Source of the DNA: Rhodobacter capsulatus SB 1003
GTDB taxonomy: Bacteria; Pseudomonadota; Alphaproteobacteria; Rhodobacterales; Rhodobacteraceae
Length of the DNA: 32,000 nt
Direction of reading: 5' to 3'
Assembly: GCF_000021865.1 (NCBI RefSeq)
Contig: NC_014034.1
Coordinates: forward strand, 1,470,001-1,502,000
The translations under genes and the position numbers were made by a program. The notes beneath the pieces were generated by a model, which worked only from the letters and a program-made list of their open reading frames with translations, was not told the origin of the DNA and made no database searches. Below, in pieces: positions 1 through 7,469 of the stretch (position 1 is the first letter of the stretch; every line of letters starts with the position of its first letter).

Positions 1-14
1 GGATTGCGGGGGCC

Positions 15-1487
15 TCAGTCGGGGCTGCCGGGCGGCTGGGCTTGCGGTTGCGGCGGCGGGGATGGCGGCGGCGGCGGTGGGGGCAGCGGCTCGGCCGGTT
101 CGGCCAGACGGTCCTCGGCCCAGGTGCCGCCCGCGACCTTGCCCGAGGCATAGCGCATCACCCCCTTGCCCTGACGGCGGCCATGGACAAAGTTACCCTC
201 GTAGACATCGCCATTGGCATAGATGGCCTTGCCCGGGCCGTCGATCTCGCCGTCGCGCCACATGCCGTCATAGGTGAAGCCGTCGGGCCGGATCAGCTTG
301 CCAAGACCCGAGCGCTGCCCGGCCTCGAAGCCGCCCTCGTAGATCGTGCCGTCGGGATGAAGGGCGCGGCCGTGCCCCTGCCTTGTGCCGTCGGCCCAGT
401 CGCCGTCATAGACATAGCCGTCCGGATAGGTCATCCGGCCCTTGCCATGCTGCCGGGCCTCCAGGAATTCGCCTTCATAAACAAGGCCGTTCGCATAGCG
501 GGCAAGGCCCCGGCCGGCGATGTTGCCCGCGACCCAGCCGCCTTCGTAGCTGGCGCCGTCGGGATAGGTGATCCGGCCCTGGCCCTCGGGCATGTCGTTG
601 CGGAACGCCCCCTCGTAGACCGAGCCGTCGGGGAATTGCGCCCGGCCGGTGCCCTCGATCCGGCCCTCGACCCAGCCGCCGGTATAATCATAGCCGTCGG
701 CGCCGCGGAAATGGCCCTGACCCTGCGGCTTGTCGGCCAGAAACTCGCCCTCGTAAAGATCGCCGTTGGCATAGGTCACCCGGCCCTTGCCCTGCCGCTT
801 GCCCGCCACCATCGCGCCCTCGTAGCGGTCGCCATTGGGCTGGAGCAGCACGCCCCGACCCTCCATCCGGCCGCCCTTCCAGTCGCCCTCATAGGTGACG
901 CCGGTCTTCAGGATCAGCTTGCCGCGGCCCGCGCGCTGGCCGCCCGCCATCTCGCCTTCGTAGCGGGCGCCGTCCGGGTAGGTGATCTTGCCGCGGCCCT
1001 GTTTCACGCCCTGCACCCAGTCGCCCTCGTAGCGGTAGCCGTCCGGGCCGGTCAGCACGCCCGTGCCGTCATGCAGCGCATTGGCGAACCGGCCCTCGTA
1101 GCGGGTGCCGTTGGCATAAAGCGCGACGCCGGTGCCGGTGATTTCGCCCGCGACCCAGTCGCCCTCGTAGGTGCCGCCGTCGGGATAGGTGATCTTGCCG
1201 CGGCCATCGGGCTTGCCGCGGGTGAAATGGCCCTCGTAGATCGAGCCGTCGGGAAACCGTGCCCGGCCGTGACCGGCGATTTCGCCCGCCTGCCAGTCGC
1301 CTTCGTATTCATAGCCCGAGGGCAGGCGGTATTTGCCATGGCCGTCCTGCTTGCCGTCCTTGAACGTGCCCTCGTAGATGCCGCCGTCCTGATATTGCTT
1401 GGTCAGCACCTCCTCGGCCGGTGCCGCCGCCGCGGCGACAACCAGCGCCGCCGCCAGCATCAGCCCCCGCTTGCCCGCTTGCCCCAT
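15..1487 (-). CDS. Secreted MORN-repeat protein with C-terminal polyproline tail
   Basis: ORF 15..1520(-). It has 18-19 tandem 23-aa units of the MORN type (YEG[DGEA][WF]..G...G.G). The N-terminus is signal-like (GKRGLMLAAALVVAAAAAPA). The track start at 1520 is TTG; the ATG at 1487 is preceded by an AGGGGA SD-like box. The tail reads PLPPPPPPPSPPPQPQAQPP. Confidence 0.85.
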   Translation of the reverse strand: MGQAGKRGLMLAAALVVAAAAAPAEEVLTKQYQDGGIYEGTFKDGKQDGHGKYRLPSGYEYEGDWQAGEIAGHGRARFPDGSIYEGHFTRGKPDGRGKITYPDGGTYEGDWVAGEITGTGVALYANGTRYEGRFANALHDGTGVLTGPDGYRYEGDWVQGVKQGRGKITYPDGARYEGEMAGGQRAGRGKLILKTGVTYEGDWKGGRMEGRGVLLQPNGDRYEGAMVAGKRQGKGRVTYANGDLYEGEFLADKPQGQGHFRGADGYDYTGGWVEGRIEGTGRAQFPDGSVYEGAFRNDMPEGQGRITYPDGASYEGGWVAGNIAGRGLARYANGLVYEGEFLEARQHGKGRMTYPDGYVYDGDWADGTRQGHGRALHPDGTIYEGGFEAGQRSGLGKLIRPDGFTYDGMWRDGEIDGPGKAIYANGDVYEGNFVHGRRQGKGVMRYASGKVAGGTWAEDRLAEPAEPLPPPPPPPSPPPQPQAQPPGSPD

Positions 1488-1634
1488 GCTTTTCCCCTGA
1501 CTGATGGCCGATCGGCGCAAACCTAATGGCGTGCCAAAAGCGTGACAAGCGCCCGGCGGCCGCGGATTTCGCGCCCGGGTGCTTTTCCCCGCCCGCCCTT
1601 GGCGTTACATCAGGGGCAACAGACAGGATCCAGC

Positions 1635-3293
1635 ATGACCGATCGTTTCCGCATCACCCTTGCGCAACTGAACCCGACGGTGGGGGCGCTGGCCGCCAAT
1701 GCCGAGAAGGCGATGGCGGCCTGGCAGGCGGGCCGCGCCGCGGGGGCCGATCTGGTGGCGCTGCCCGAGATGTTCCTGACCGGCTATCAGACCCAGGATC
1801 TGGTGCTGAAACCGGCCTTCCTGCGCGATGCGATGGCGGCGATGGCGGCTTTGGCGGCGCAGGTGGTGGATGGCCCCGCGCTGGGCATCGGCGGGCCTTA
1901 TGTCGATGAAACAGGAAGTTACAACGCCTGGTGGGTGCTCAAGGACGGCCGGGTGATCGCCCGCGCGCTGAAGCATCACCTGCCGCATGACGATGTTTTC
2001 GACGAGATGCGGCTTTTCGATCAAGGGCCTGTCAGCGACCCCTTGCGGCTTGGCCCGGTGGCGCTGGGCGTGCCGGTCTGCGAGGATGCCTGGCATCCGG
2101 ATGTGGCAGGGGCCCTGGCGGCGGCGGGGGCCGAGGTGCTGATGGTGCCCAATGGCTCGCCCTATCGGCGCGGCAAGCTGGATCTGCGCCGCCAGGTGAC
2201 CGGGGCGCGGGTGGCGGAAACCGGGCTGCCGCTTTTGTATCTGAACATGGTCGGCGGGCAGGATGACCAGCTGTTTGACGGCGCCAGTTTCGTTTTGAAC
2301 CCGGATGGATCGGTGGCCGTGCAGCTGCCCGCCTTCGAGGAAGCGGTGGTGCATGTCGATCTGGAACGCGGGGCGGCAGACTGGCGGGCGGTGCCGGCCG
2401 ACATCGTCGCGCCGCCCGGCGACATCGAGCAGGATTACCGCGCCATGGTGCTGGGGCTGCAGGATTATCTGCGCAAATCCGGGTTTTCCAGGGTGGTTCT
2501 GGGGCTCTCGGGCGGGATCGATTCCGCGCTGGTGGCGGTGATTGCCGCCGATGCGCTGGGGGCCGGGAATGTGCATTGCGTCATGCTGCCCTCGCGCTAC
2601 ACCTCGCAGGGCTCGCTTGACGATGCCGCCGATCTGGCGCGGCGGCTGGGGGCGCGGCTTGACACGGTCGAGATCGAGGGGCCGCGGGCGGCGGTCGAAG
2701 GCGCGCTGGCCCATGTGCTGGCGGGCACCGCGCCCGACGTGACCGAGGAGAACATCCAGTCGCGGCTGCGCGGCGTGATCCTGATGGCGATTTCGAACAA
2801 GTTCGGCGCGATGCTTTTGACCACCGGCAACAAATCCGAGGTGGCGGTGGGCTACTGCACCATCTACGGCGACATGGCGGGGGGCTACAACCCGCTGAAA
2901 GATCTGTATAAAACCCGCGTCTTCGAGACCTGCCGCTGGCGCAACGCGACGCATCGGCCCTGGATGCAGGCGCCCGCGGGCGAGATCATTCCGGTCGCGA
3001 TCATCGACAAGCCGCCGAGCGCCGAGCTGCGCGAGAACCAGACGGATCAGGACAGCCTGCCGCCCTACGAGGTTCTGGATGCGATTTTGGAGCGGCTGGT
3101 CGAGGGCGATCAGTCGGTTGATCAGATCGTCGCGGCCGGGTTTGACCGCGCGACGGTGAAGCGGATCGAGCATCTGCTTTACATCTCGGAATGGAAGCGC
3201 TTCCAGTCCGCGCCCGGGCCGCGGCTGACGACTCGGGCCTTCTGGCTGGATCGGCGCTATCCGATGGTGAACCGCTGGCGGGATCAGAGCTGA
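1635..3293 (+). CDS. nadE: Glutamine-dependent NAD(+) synthetase (N-terminal CN-hydrolase/glutaminase domain + C-terminal NAD synthase domain)
   Basis: The N-terminal part (RITLAQLNPTVG..LPEMFLTGY..VCEDAWHP) is nitrilase-like with Glu/Cys motifs. The C-terminal part has the SGGIDS PP-loop (VLGLSGGIDSALVA) and TGNKSE. The ATG at 1635 (MTDRF) is chosen over the upstream in-frame start at 1542, which adds an Arg/Pro-rich extension. Confidence 0.95.
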   Translation: MTDRFRITLAQLNPTVGALAANAEKAMAAWQAGRAAGADLVALPEMFLTGYQTQDLVLKPAFLRDAMAAMAALAAQVVDGPALGIGGPYVDETGSYNAWWVLKDGRVIARALKHHLPHDDVFDEMRLFDQGPVSDPLRLGPVALGVPVCEDAWHPDVAGALAAAGAEVLMVPNGSPYRRGKLDLRRQVTGARVAETGLPLLYLNMVGGQDDQLFDGASFVLNPDGSVAVQLPAFEEAVVHVDLERGAADWRAVPADIVAPPGDIEQDYRAMVLGLQDYLRKSGFSRVVLGLSGGIDSALVAVIAADALGAGNVHCVMLPSRYTSQGSLDDAADLARRLGARLDTVEIEGPRAAVEGALAHVLAGTAPDVTEENIQSRLRGVILMAISNKFGAMLLTTGNKSEVAVGYCTIYGDMAGGYNPLKDLYKTRVFETCRWRNATHRPWMQAPAGEIIPVAIIDKPPSAELRENQTDQDSLPPYEVLDAILERLVEGDQSVDQIVAAGFDRATVKRIEHLLYISEWKRFQSAPGPRLTTRAFWLDRRYPMVNRWRDQS

Positions 3294-3298
3294 GGTTG

Positions 3299-3445
3299 CC
3301 CCGATCGCTGGATCGGGCGGAACAGGAAACGCATCGCGTTTCCCCGCCCGTCGCGCAACCGCCCGGCACGACCGTTTCCCCAAGCGCAGCAGAGGCCAGC
3401 GCCCGCCGAGGGCGGGGCGGGCGCTGGCCGAGGGCCTTTGGGCCC
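3299..3445. repeat. Cluster of four GC-rich hairpins between nadE and the RAYT-like gene (terminator and/or REP-like palindromes)
   Basis: Four stems read directly: CCCGATC/GATCGGG (3300-3317), GGAAACGC/GCGTTTCC (3325-3343), GGCCAGCGCCCGCC/GGCGGGCGCTGGCC (3394-3429, 14 bp) and GGGCC/GGCCC (3432-3445). Confidence 0.4.
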
Positions 3446-3511
3446 CCGGCGGTCACGGGGCAAATGTCGCGCATGACCTCGGCGATGGCCTCGGTCAAAA
3501 AGGGCAGGGGC

Positions 3512-3976
3512 CTAGACCCCCAACCGCCGCCTTGCGGCGATGCGCAGATCGCGGTGCAGCGAGGAATAGGGCCAGTCCTCGGGGTGTTTCGCCAGCCCCA
3601 GCCGCACCGGCGCCTCCCAGCAGGCGGCCAGCGCCCGGTTCACCGCGGCCGCATCCGGCAGCGGCTCGATCAGGATCTCGGGCTGCCAGATTGTTTCGGG
3701 CGCCTCGGGGGCCACCCGGCCCGCGAAATCGCGGCGCAGCTGCGACCAGCGCACGGAAACCGCCCGCGGCCCCGGTGGCAGCGTCAGCACCGCATGCAGG
3801 TGATCGGGCAGAACCACCATCGCACCGCAGACGGTGGGATGGTCGGCGACCATCGCGGCCCAGGCGGCCCGCAGGTCTGCGATGTGATCGACAAGCAGAC
3901 GGCTTCCAACCCGCGCGAGGCGGAGTGTGAAGAACCGGGTCTGCCCCGGAAGCGGGAATCGGTCCATGAGGCTCAT
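3512..3976 (-). CDS. REP-associated tyrosine transposase (RAYT / IS200-like HUH, COG1943)-like protein, probably degenerate
   Basis: The 154-aa product has RAYT landmarks: TRFFT, VVLPDHLHAVLTLP (HUH = H59-L-H61), RW..L...F, IWQP, APVRLGLA, DWPYSSLHRD. From memory it is colinear without gaps with E. coli RayT/YafM over the C-terminal half. See the finding on the missing Tyr. Confidence 0.8.
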   Translation of the reverse strand: MSLMDRFPLPGQTRFFTLRLARVGSRLLVDHIADLRAAWAAMVADHPTVCGAMVVLPDHLHAVLTLPPGPRAVSVRWSQLRRDFAGRVAPEAPETIWQPEILIEPLPDAAAVNRALAACWEAPVRLGLAKHPEDWPYSSLHRDLRIAARRRLGV

Positions 3977-4030
3977 GCACCGATCCTGCGCCCGCAGGGT
4001 TAACGAATCCTGAATCGGGCCGAAGCGGAC

Positions 4031-4348
4031 CTAGAAATCGGCCGCGACCTCATACATCACCGGCTCGAAACTGCGGCACAAGGTGGCGATGTGGCGATTG
4101 CGGGTGATCATCTCGGGGCTGCGCAGCATCGCCTGATAATCGCCGCGCTTTTCCCATTTCGAATAGGTGGCGATGCGGGTGTGGGCGTCGTTCATGTGCA
4201 GCCCCGCGCCGATGAAGCCCGGCGATTTGCTGATGCACTCGGCATAGGCCGATTGCAGCGCCTCCATCAGCTCGATCGCTGTCGCGGGGGTCATCTCGAA
4301 GGTGCAGATCACCGTCTGCCCGGTGAAATCCTTGGTAATCTCGGCCAT
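4031..4348 (-). CDS. Small ABM-fold (antibiotic-biosynthesis-monooxygenase-like, dimeric alpha/beta barrel) protein
   Basis: 105 aa starting at MAEITKDF. A GGGAGGA SD lies 6 nt upstream of the ATG at 4348. The size and the pattern (..F.....A.E......Y.....PGF....LH...D..RI..YS.WE...) fit the ABM domain. The rest of track ORF 4031..4687 is an Arg/Cys-rich extension. Confidence 0.7.
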   Translation of the reverse strand: MAEITKDFTGQTVICTFEMTPATAIELMEALQSAYAECISKSPGFIGAGLHMNDAHTRIATYSKWEKRGDYQAMLRSPEMITRNRHIATLCRSFEPVMYEVAADF

Positions 4349-4640
4349 TTCATCCTCCCTTTCGGTTCGCTCCAGATCAAGAATGACGCAGTTGCCCGAA
4401 AAATCCACCCCCCGCAGCGGGGCTTGCGCGACCTGCCGCAGCGGCAAGCTCGCGTTCCGGCTGAATGTGACGGATCGATAACAGAAATGTTGCAAGCGGC
4501 TGGTTTTCGGGCAAGTCTTCGCCTGTCGGCCACGACCGACCGCCGGGGGCCTGGCTGTCAACAGACTGTCACAGAACGCGCCTAGGTGCTGGCTGGTGCC
4601 CATAGTGGGCCCAACCTTCCGATAACGGGGAGAGAGACAG

Positions 4641-5738
4641 ATGAAACCGATGCACGTCCTTGCCGGTGCGGCTTTGCTGATGGCCACGACGGCGCTTGTT
4701 CACGCCGAGGATCTGGCCGCGCTGGAAGCTGCCGCCAAGGCCGAAGGCCAGCTGACGACGATCGCGCTGCCGCATGACTGGTGCGGCTACGGCGCGGTGA
4801 TCGAGGGCTTCAAGGCCAAGTATCCCGACATCAAGGTGAACGAGCTGAACCCCGACGCCGGTTCGGCCGACGAGCTGGAGGCGATTCGCGCCAACAAGGG
4901 CAACACCGGCCCGCAGGCCCCCGACGTGATCGACGTCGGCCTGTCCTTTGGCCCGCAAGCCAAGGAAGAGGGGCTGATCCAGCCCTACAAGGTCTCGACC
5001 TGGGACGAGATCCCGGCCGAAATCAAGGATGCCGACGGCTACTGGTATGGCGATTACTATGGCGTCATGTCCTTCATGGTGAACAAGGATCTGGTGCCGA
5101 CCCCGCCCGCCGACTGGGCCGATCTGCTGAAATCGGACTATGCCGGTCAGGTGGCGCTGGCGGGCGATCCGCGCGCCTCGAACCAGGCGATCCTGGCGGT
5201 TCTGGCGGCGGGCATGGCGAATGGCGGTGCTGCGGGGGCCGAAGCCGGTGCCAAGGGGCTTGATTACTTCAAGGCGATGAACGACGCGGGCAATTTCGTG
5301 CCGGTCATCGGCAAGGCCGGCACGCTGGCGCAGGGGGCCACGCCGATCGTGGTGATGTGGGACTACAACGCGCTGTCGGCGCGCGACACTCTCAAGGGCA
5401 ACCCGCCGGTCGAGGTGGTGGTGCCGCAAACCGGCGTTCTGGCGGGCGTCTATGTGCAGGCGATCTCGGCCTATGCGCCGCATCCGAATGCCGCGAAACT
5501 CTGGATGGAATATCTCTATTCGGATGAAGGTCAGAACCTCTGGCTGAAGGGCTATTGCCACCCGGCGCGCTTCAACGCGATGTCGGCGGCGGGCAAGGTT
5601 CCGGCTGACCTGCTGGCGGCGCTGCCCCCGGCGGAAGCCTATGCCAAGGCCTATTTCCCGAGCCTGGACGAACAGGCCGCCAACAAGGCCGCCGTCACCG
5701 AGGGCTGGGACAAGGTCGTGGGCGCCAACGTCCAGTAA
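4641..5738 (+). CDS. ABC transporter periplasmic substrate-binding protein (family-1 SBP, PotD/AfuA-like; ligand unknown)
   Basis: Sec signal MKPMHVLAGAALLMATTALVHA|ED with a GGGGAGAGA SD upstream. It is the first gene of an SBP-permease-permease-ATPase operon. Confidence 0.9.
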   Translation: MKPMHVLAGAALLMATTALVHAEDLAALEAAAKAEGQLTTIALPHDWCGYGAVIEGFKAKYPDIKVNELNPDAGSADELEAIRANKGNTGPQAPDVIDVGLSFGPQAKEEGLIQPYKVSTWDEIPAEIKDADGYWYGDYYGVMSFMVNKDLVPTPPADWADLLKSDYAGQVALAGDPRASNQAILAVLAAGMANGGAAGAEAGAKGLDYFKAMNDAGNFVPVIGKAGTLAQGATPIVVMWDYNALSARDTLKGNPPVEVVVPQTGVLAGVYVQAISAYAPHPNAAKLWMEYLYSDEGQNLWLKGYCHPARFNAMSAAGKVPADLLAALPPAEAYAKAYFPSLDEQAANKAAVTEGWDKVVGANVQ

Positions 5739-5755
5739 CCGGCTCGCAAGACCGT

Positions 5756-5785
5756 GCCGCCTCCGGGGTCCCCGGGGGCGGTTTT
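5756..5785 (+). terminator. Intra-operon hairpin + T-tract after the SBP gene (attenuator/partial terminator)
   Basis: GCCGCCTCCGGGG-tc-CCCCGGGGGCGG forms a stem of about 12 bp with 1 mismatch, followed by TTTTCCC. It lies between the SBP stop (5738) and the permease start (5809). Confidence 0.45.
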
Positions 5786-5808
5786 CCCGCTCTCGACCAA
5801 GGGCCGCC

Positions 5809-6690
5809 GTGACCGACACATCCCCCCCCGCCGCCCCGTCCCGCCGACGGTTGAGCCTTGCCTGGCTGGGCATCGTTCCCTTCGCGCTCTTCGTGGGCCT
5901 GTTCCTGATCGCGCCGACGATGAAGATCGTGATCGGTGCCTTTCAACGCGCCGATGGCAGTTTCACCTTTGAAAACCTGATCGGGCTTTTCACCCCCTCG
6001 ATCCTGGCGAGCTACTGGATCTCGATCAAGATTTCCGTGGCCTCGGCGGCTTTGGGGGCGCTGATCGGCTTTCTGATGGCCGCCGCGATGGTGCTGGGCG
6101 GGCTGCCGCGGGTCATCCGCGCGCCGCTGCTGACCTTTTCCGGCGTCGCCTCGAACTTCGCGGGGGTGCCGCTCGCCTTCGCCTTTCTGGCGACGCTGGG
6201 GCCGCTGGGCCTGGTCACCGTCTGGCTGCGCACCGAATTCGGCATCAACCTGCGCGCTTACGGCTTCAACATCCTGTCGTTCTGGGGCCTGACGATCACC
6301 TATATCTTCTTTCAGATCCCGCTGATGATCCTGATCATCACCCCGGCGCTGGACGGGCTGAAACGCGAATGGCGCGAGGCGGCGCAATCGCTTGGCGCAA
6401 GTGCCGTGCAATACTGGACCTCGGTCGCGCTGCCGATCCTGTTTCCGTCGCTTCTGGGCACCTTTGCGCTGCTCTTCGCCAATGCCTTCGGCGCCGTCGC
6501 CACCGCCATCGCGCTGACGGGGTCCAGCCTGAACATCGTGCCGATCATGCTGTTTGCGCAGATCCGCGGTGACGTTCTGGGCAATCCGCATCTGGGCTAT
6601 GCGATGGCCTTCGGCATGATCCTGATCACCGCGCTGGCCAATATCCTTTACATCTGGCTCAGGATGCGCTCCGAAAGGTGGCTGAAATGA
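5809..6690 (+). CDS. ABC transporter permease (BPD_transp_1 type)
   Basis: The GTG at 5809 is in frame with the track ORF and preceded by AAGGG. It is the first start downstream of the SBP stop that retains TM1 (LAWLGIVPFALFVGLFLIAP). The protein has about six hydrophobic spans and an EAA-like loop (REWREAAQSLGASAVQYW). Confidence 0.8.
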   Translation: MTDTSPPAAPSRRRLSLAWLGIVPFALFVGLFLIAPTMKIVIGAFQRADGSFTFENLIGLFTPSILASYWISIKISVASAALGALIGFLMAAAMVLGGLPRVIRAPLLTFSGVASNFAGVPLAFAFLATLGPLGLVTVWLRTEFGINLRAYGFNILSFWGLTITYIFFQIPLMILIITPALDGLKREWREAAQSLGASAVQYWTSVALPILFPSLLGTFALLFANAFGAVATAIALTGSSLNIVPIMLFAQIRGDVLGNPHLGYAMAFGMILITALANILYIWLRMRSERWLK

Positions 6691-7469
6691 AAGTTGCCGC
6701 CGCCTGGGCCATCTTCCTTCTGGGCATGGCCTATTTCATCCTGCCGCTGGTCGGGCTTGTCGAATTCTCGCTGTCGATGACGCGGGGCGAATACAGCCTT
6801 GAGGCTTACCGCGTCGTCTTTGCCGATCCGCGCTTTCGCGACACCTTTTCCTATTCGGTGCTGATGGCGGTCTTGACCATCGTCTTCGGCGTCGTGCTGG
6901 TGGTGCCGACGGCGTTCTGGGTGCGGCTCAAGCTGCCGCATTGGCGCCCGGTGATCGAATTCGTCACCCTGCTGCCGCTCGTCATCCCGGCCATCGTCAT
7001 CGTCTTCGGCTATATCCGGCTTTACAACACCTCGAGCTGGCTGCCGCTGACCGGCACGACATCGGGCACCAACCTGCTGCTTCTGTTCGGCTATGCGACG
7101 CTGAGCCTGCCCTACATGTATCGCGCCATCGACACCGGGCTGCGCACCATCGATGTGGCGACGCTGACGGAAGCCGCGCAATCGCTTGGCGCGGGCTGGG
7201 GCACGATCCTGGCGCGGGTGATCCTGCCCAATGTGCTCGTTTCGGTGCTTTCGGGCGCCTTCGTCACCTTTGCCATCGTCATGGGCGAATTCACCCTTGC
7301 GGCGCTTTTGGACCGTCCGGCCTTCGGGCCCTATCTGCAACTGATGGGGGCCAACCGCGCCTATGAGCCGTTCGCGCTTGCCACCATCGCCTTCATCATC
7401 ACCTGGGCCTGCATGGGGCTGATCCAGCTCGTCACCCGGTTCACCAAACACGACAAGGCCCCGCGATGA
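6687..7469 (+). CDS. ABC transporter permease (second membrane subunit)
   Basis: The ATG at 6687 overlaps the upstream stop (ATGA); the GTG at 6678 is an alternative start. The EAA loop reads TLTEAAQSLGAGWGTILARVILP, and there are multiple TM spans. Confidence 0.85.
   Translation: MKVAAAWAIFLLGMAYFILPLVGLVEFSLSMTRGEYSLEAYRVVFADPRFRDTFSYSVLMAVLTIVFGVVLVVPTAFWVRLKLPHWRPVIEFVTLLPLVIPAIVIVFGYIRLYNTSSWLPLTGTTSGTNLLLLFGYATLSLPYMYRAIDTGLRTIDVATLTEAAQSLGAGWGTILARVILPNVLVSVLSGAFVTFAIVMGEFTLAALLDRPAFGPYLQLMGANRAYEPFALATIAFIITWACMGLIQLVTRFTKHDKAPR

Noticed and set aside
100-1400. The 69/138-bp DNA periodicity, considered as a CRISPR or satellite array.
   Set aside because: The periodicity is protein-coding (MORN repeats). 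The repeats are degenerate at the DNA level, and there is no repeat-spacer structure.
42-1526. 494-aa plus-strand ORF mirroring the MORN gene, plus smaller ORFs at 62-277, 383-571, 431-772, 1052-1339 and 1309-1548.
   Set aside because: The products are Ala/Arg/Gly/Pro-rich with no motif. They are the antisense or shifted frames of a gene with an unmistakable 23-aa MORN periodicity, a typical high-GC open-frame artefact.
1605-3383. 592-aa minus-strand ORF antisense to nadE, plus the 1526-1909 (+) ORF.
   Set aside because: The sequences are Arg/Pro/His-rich and low in complexity. The sense strand carries clear CN-hydrolase and SGGIDS NAD-synthase motifs.
3191-4003. Overlapping ORFs 3191-4003(+), 3001-3498(-), 3495-3980(-) and 3532-3930(+) around the RAYT-like gene.
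   Set aside because: Only the 3512-3976(-) frame shows recognisable family motifs (HUH, IWQP, WPYSS). The others are Arg/Pro/Gly-rich.
4349-4687. N-terminal 113-aa extension of track ORF 4031-4687(-).
   Set aside because: The extension is Arg/Cys/Ser-rich and runs through the divergent promoter region and across the start of the SBP gene. An internal ATG at 4348 with a strong GGGAGGA SD gives a complete ABM-size protein.
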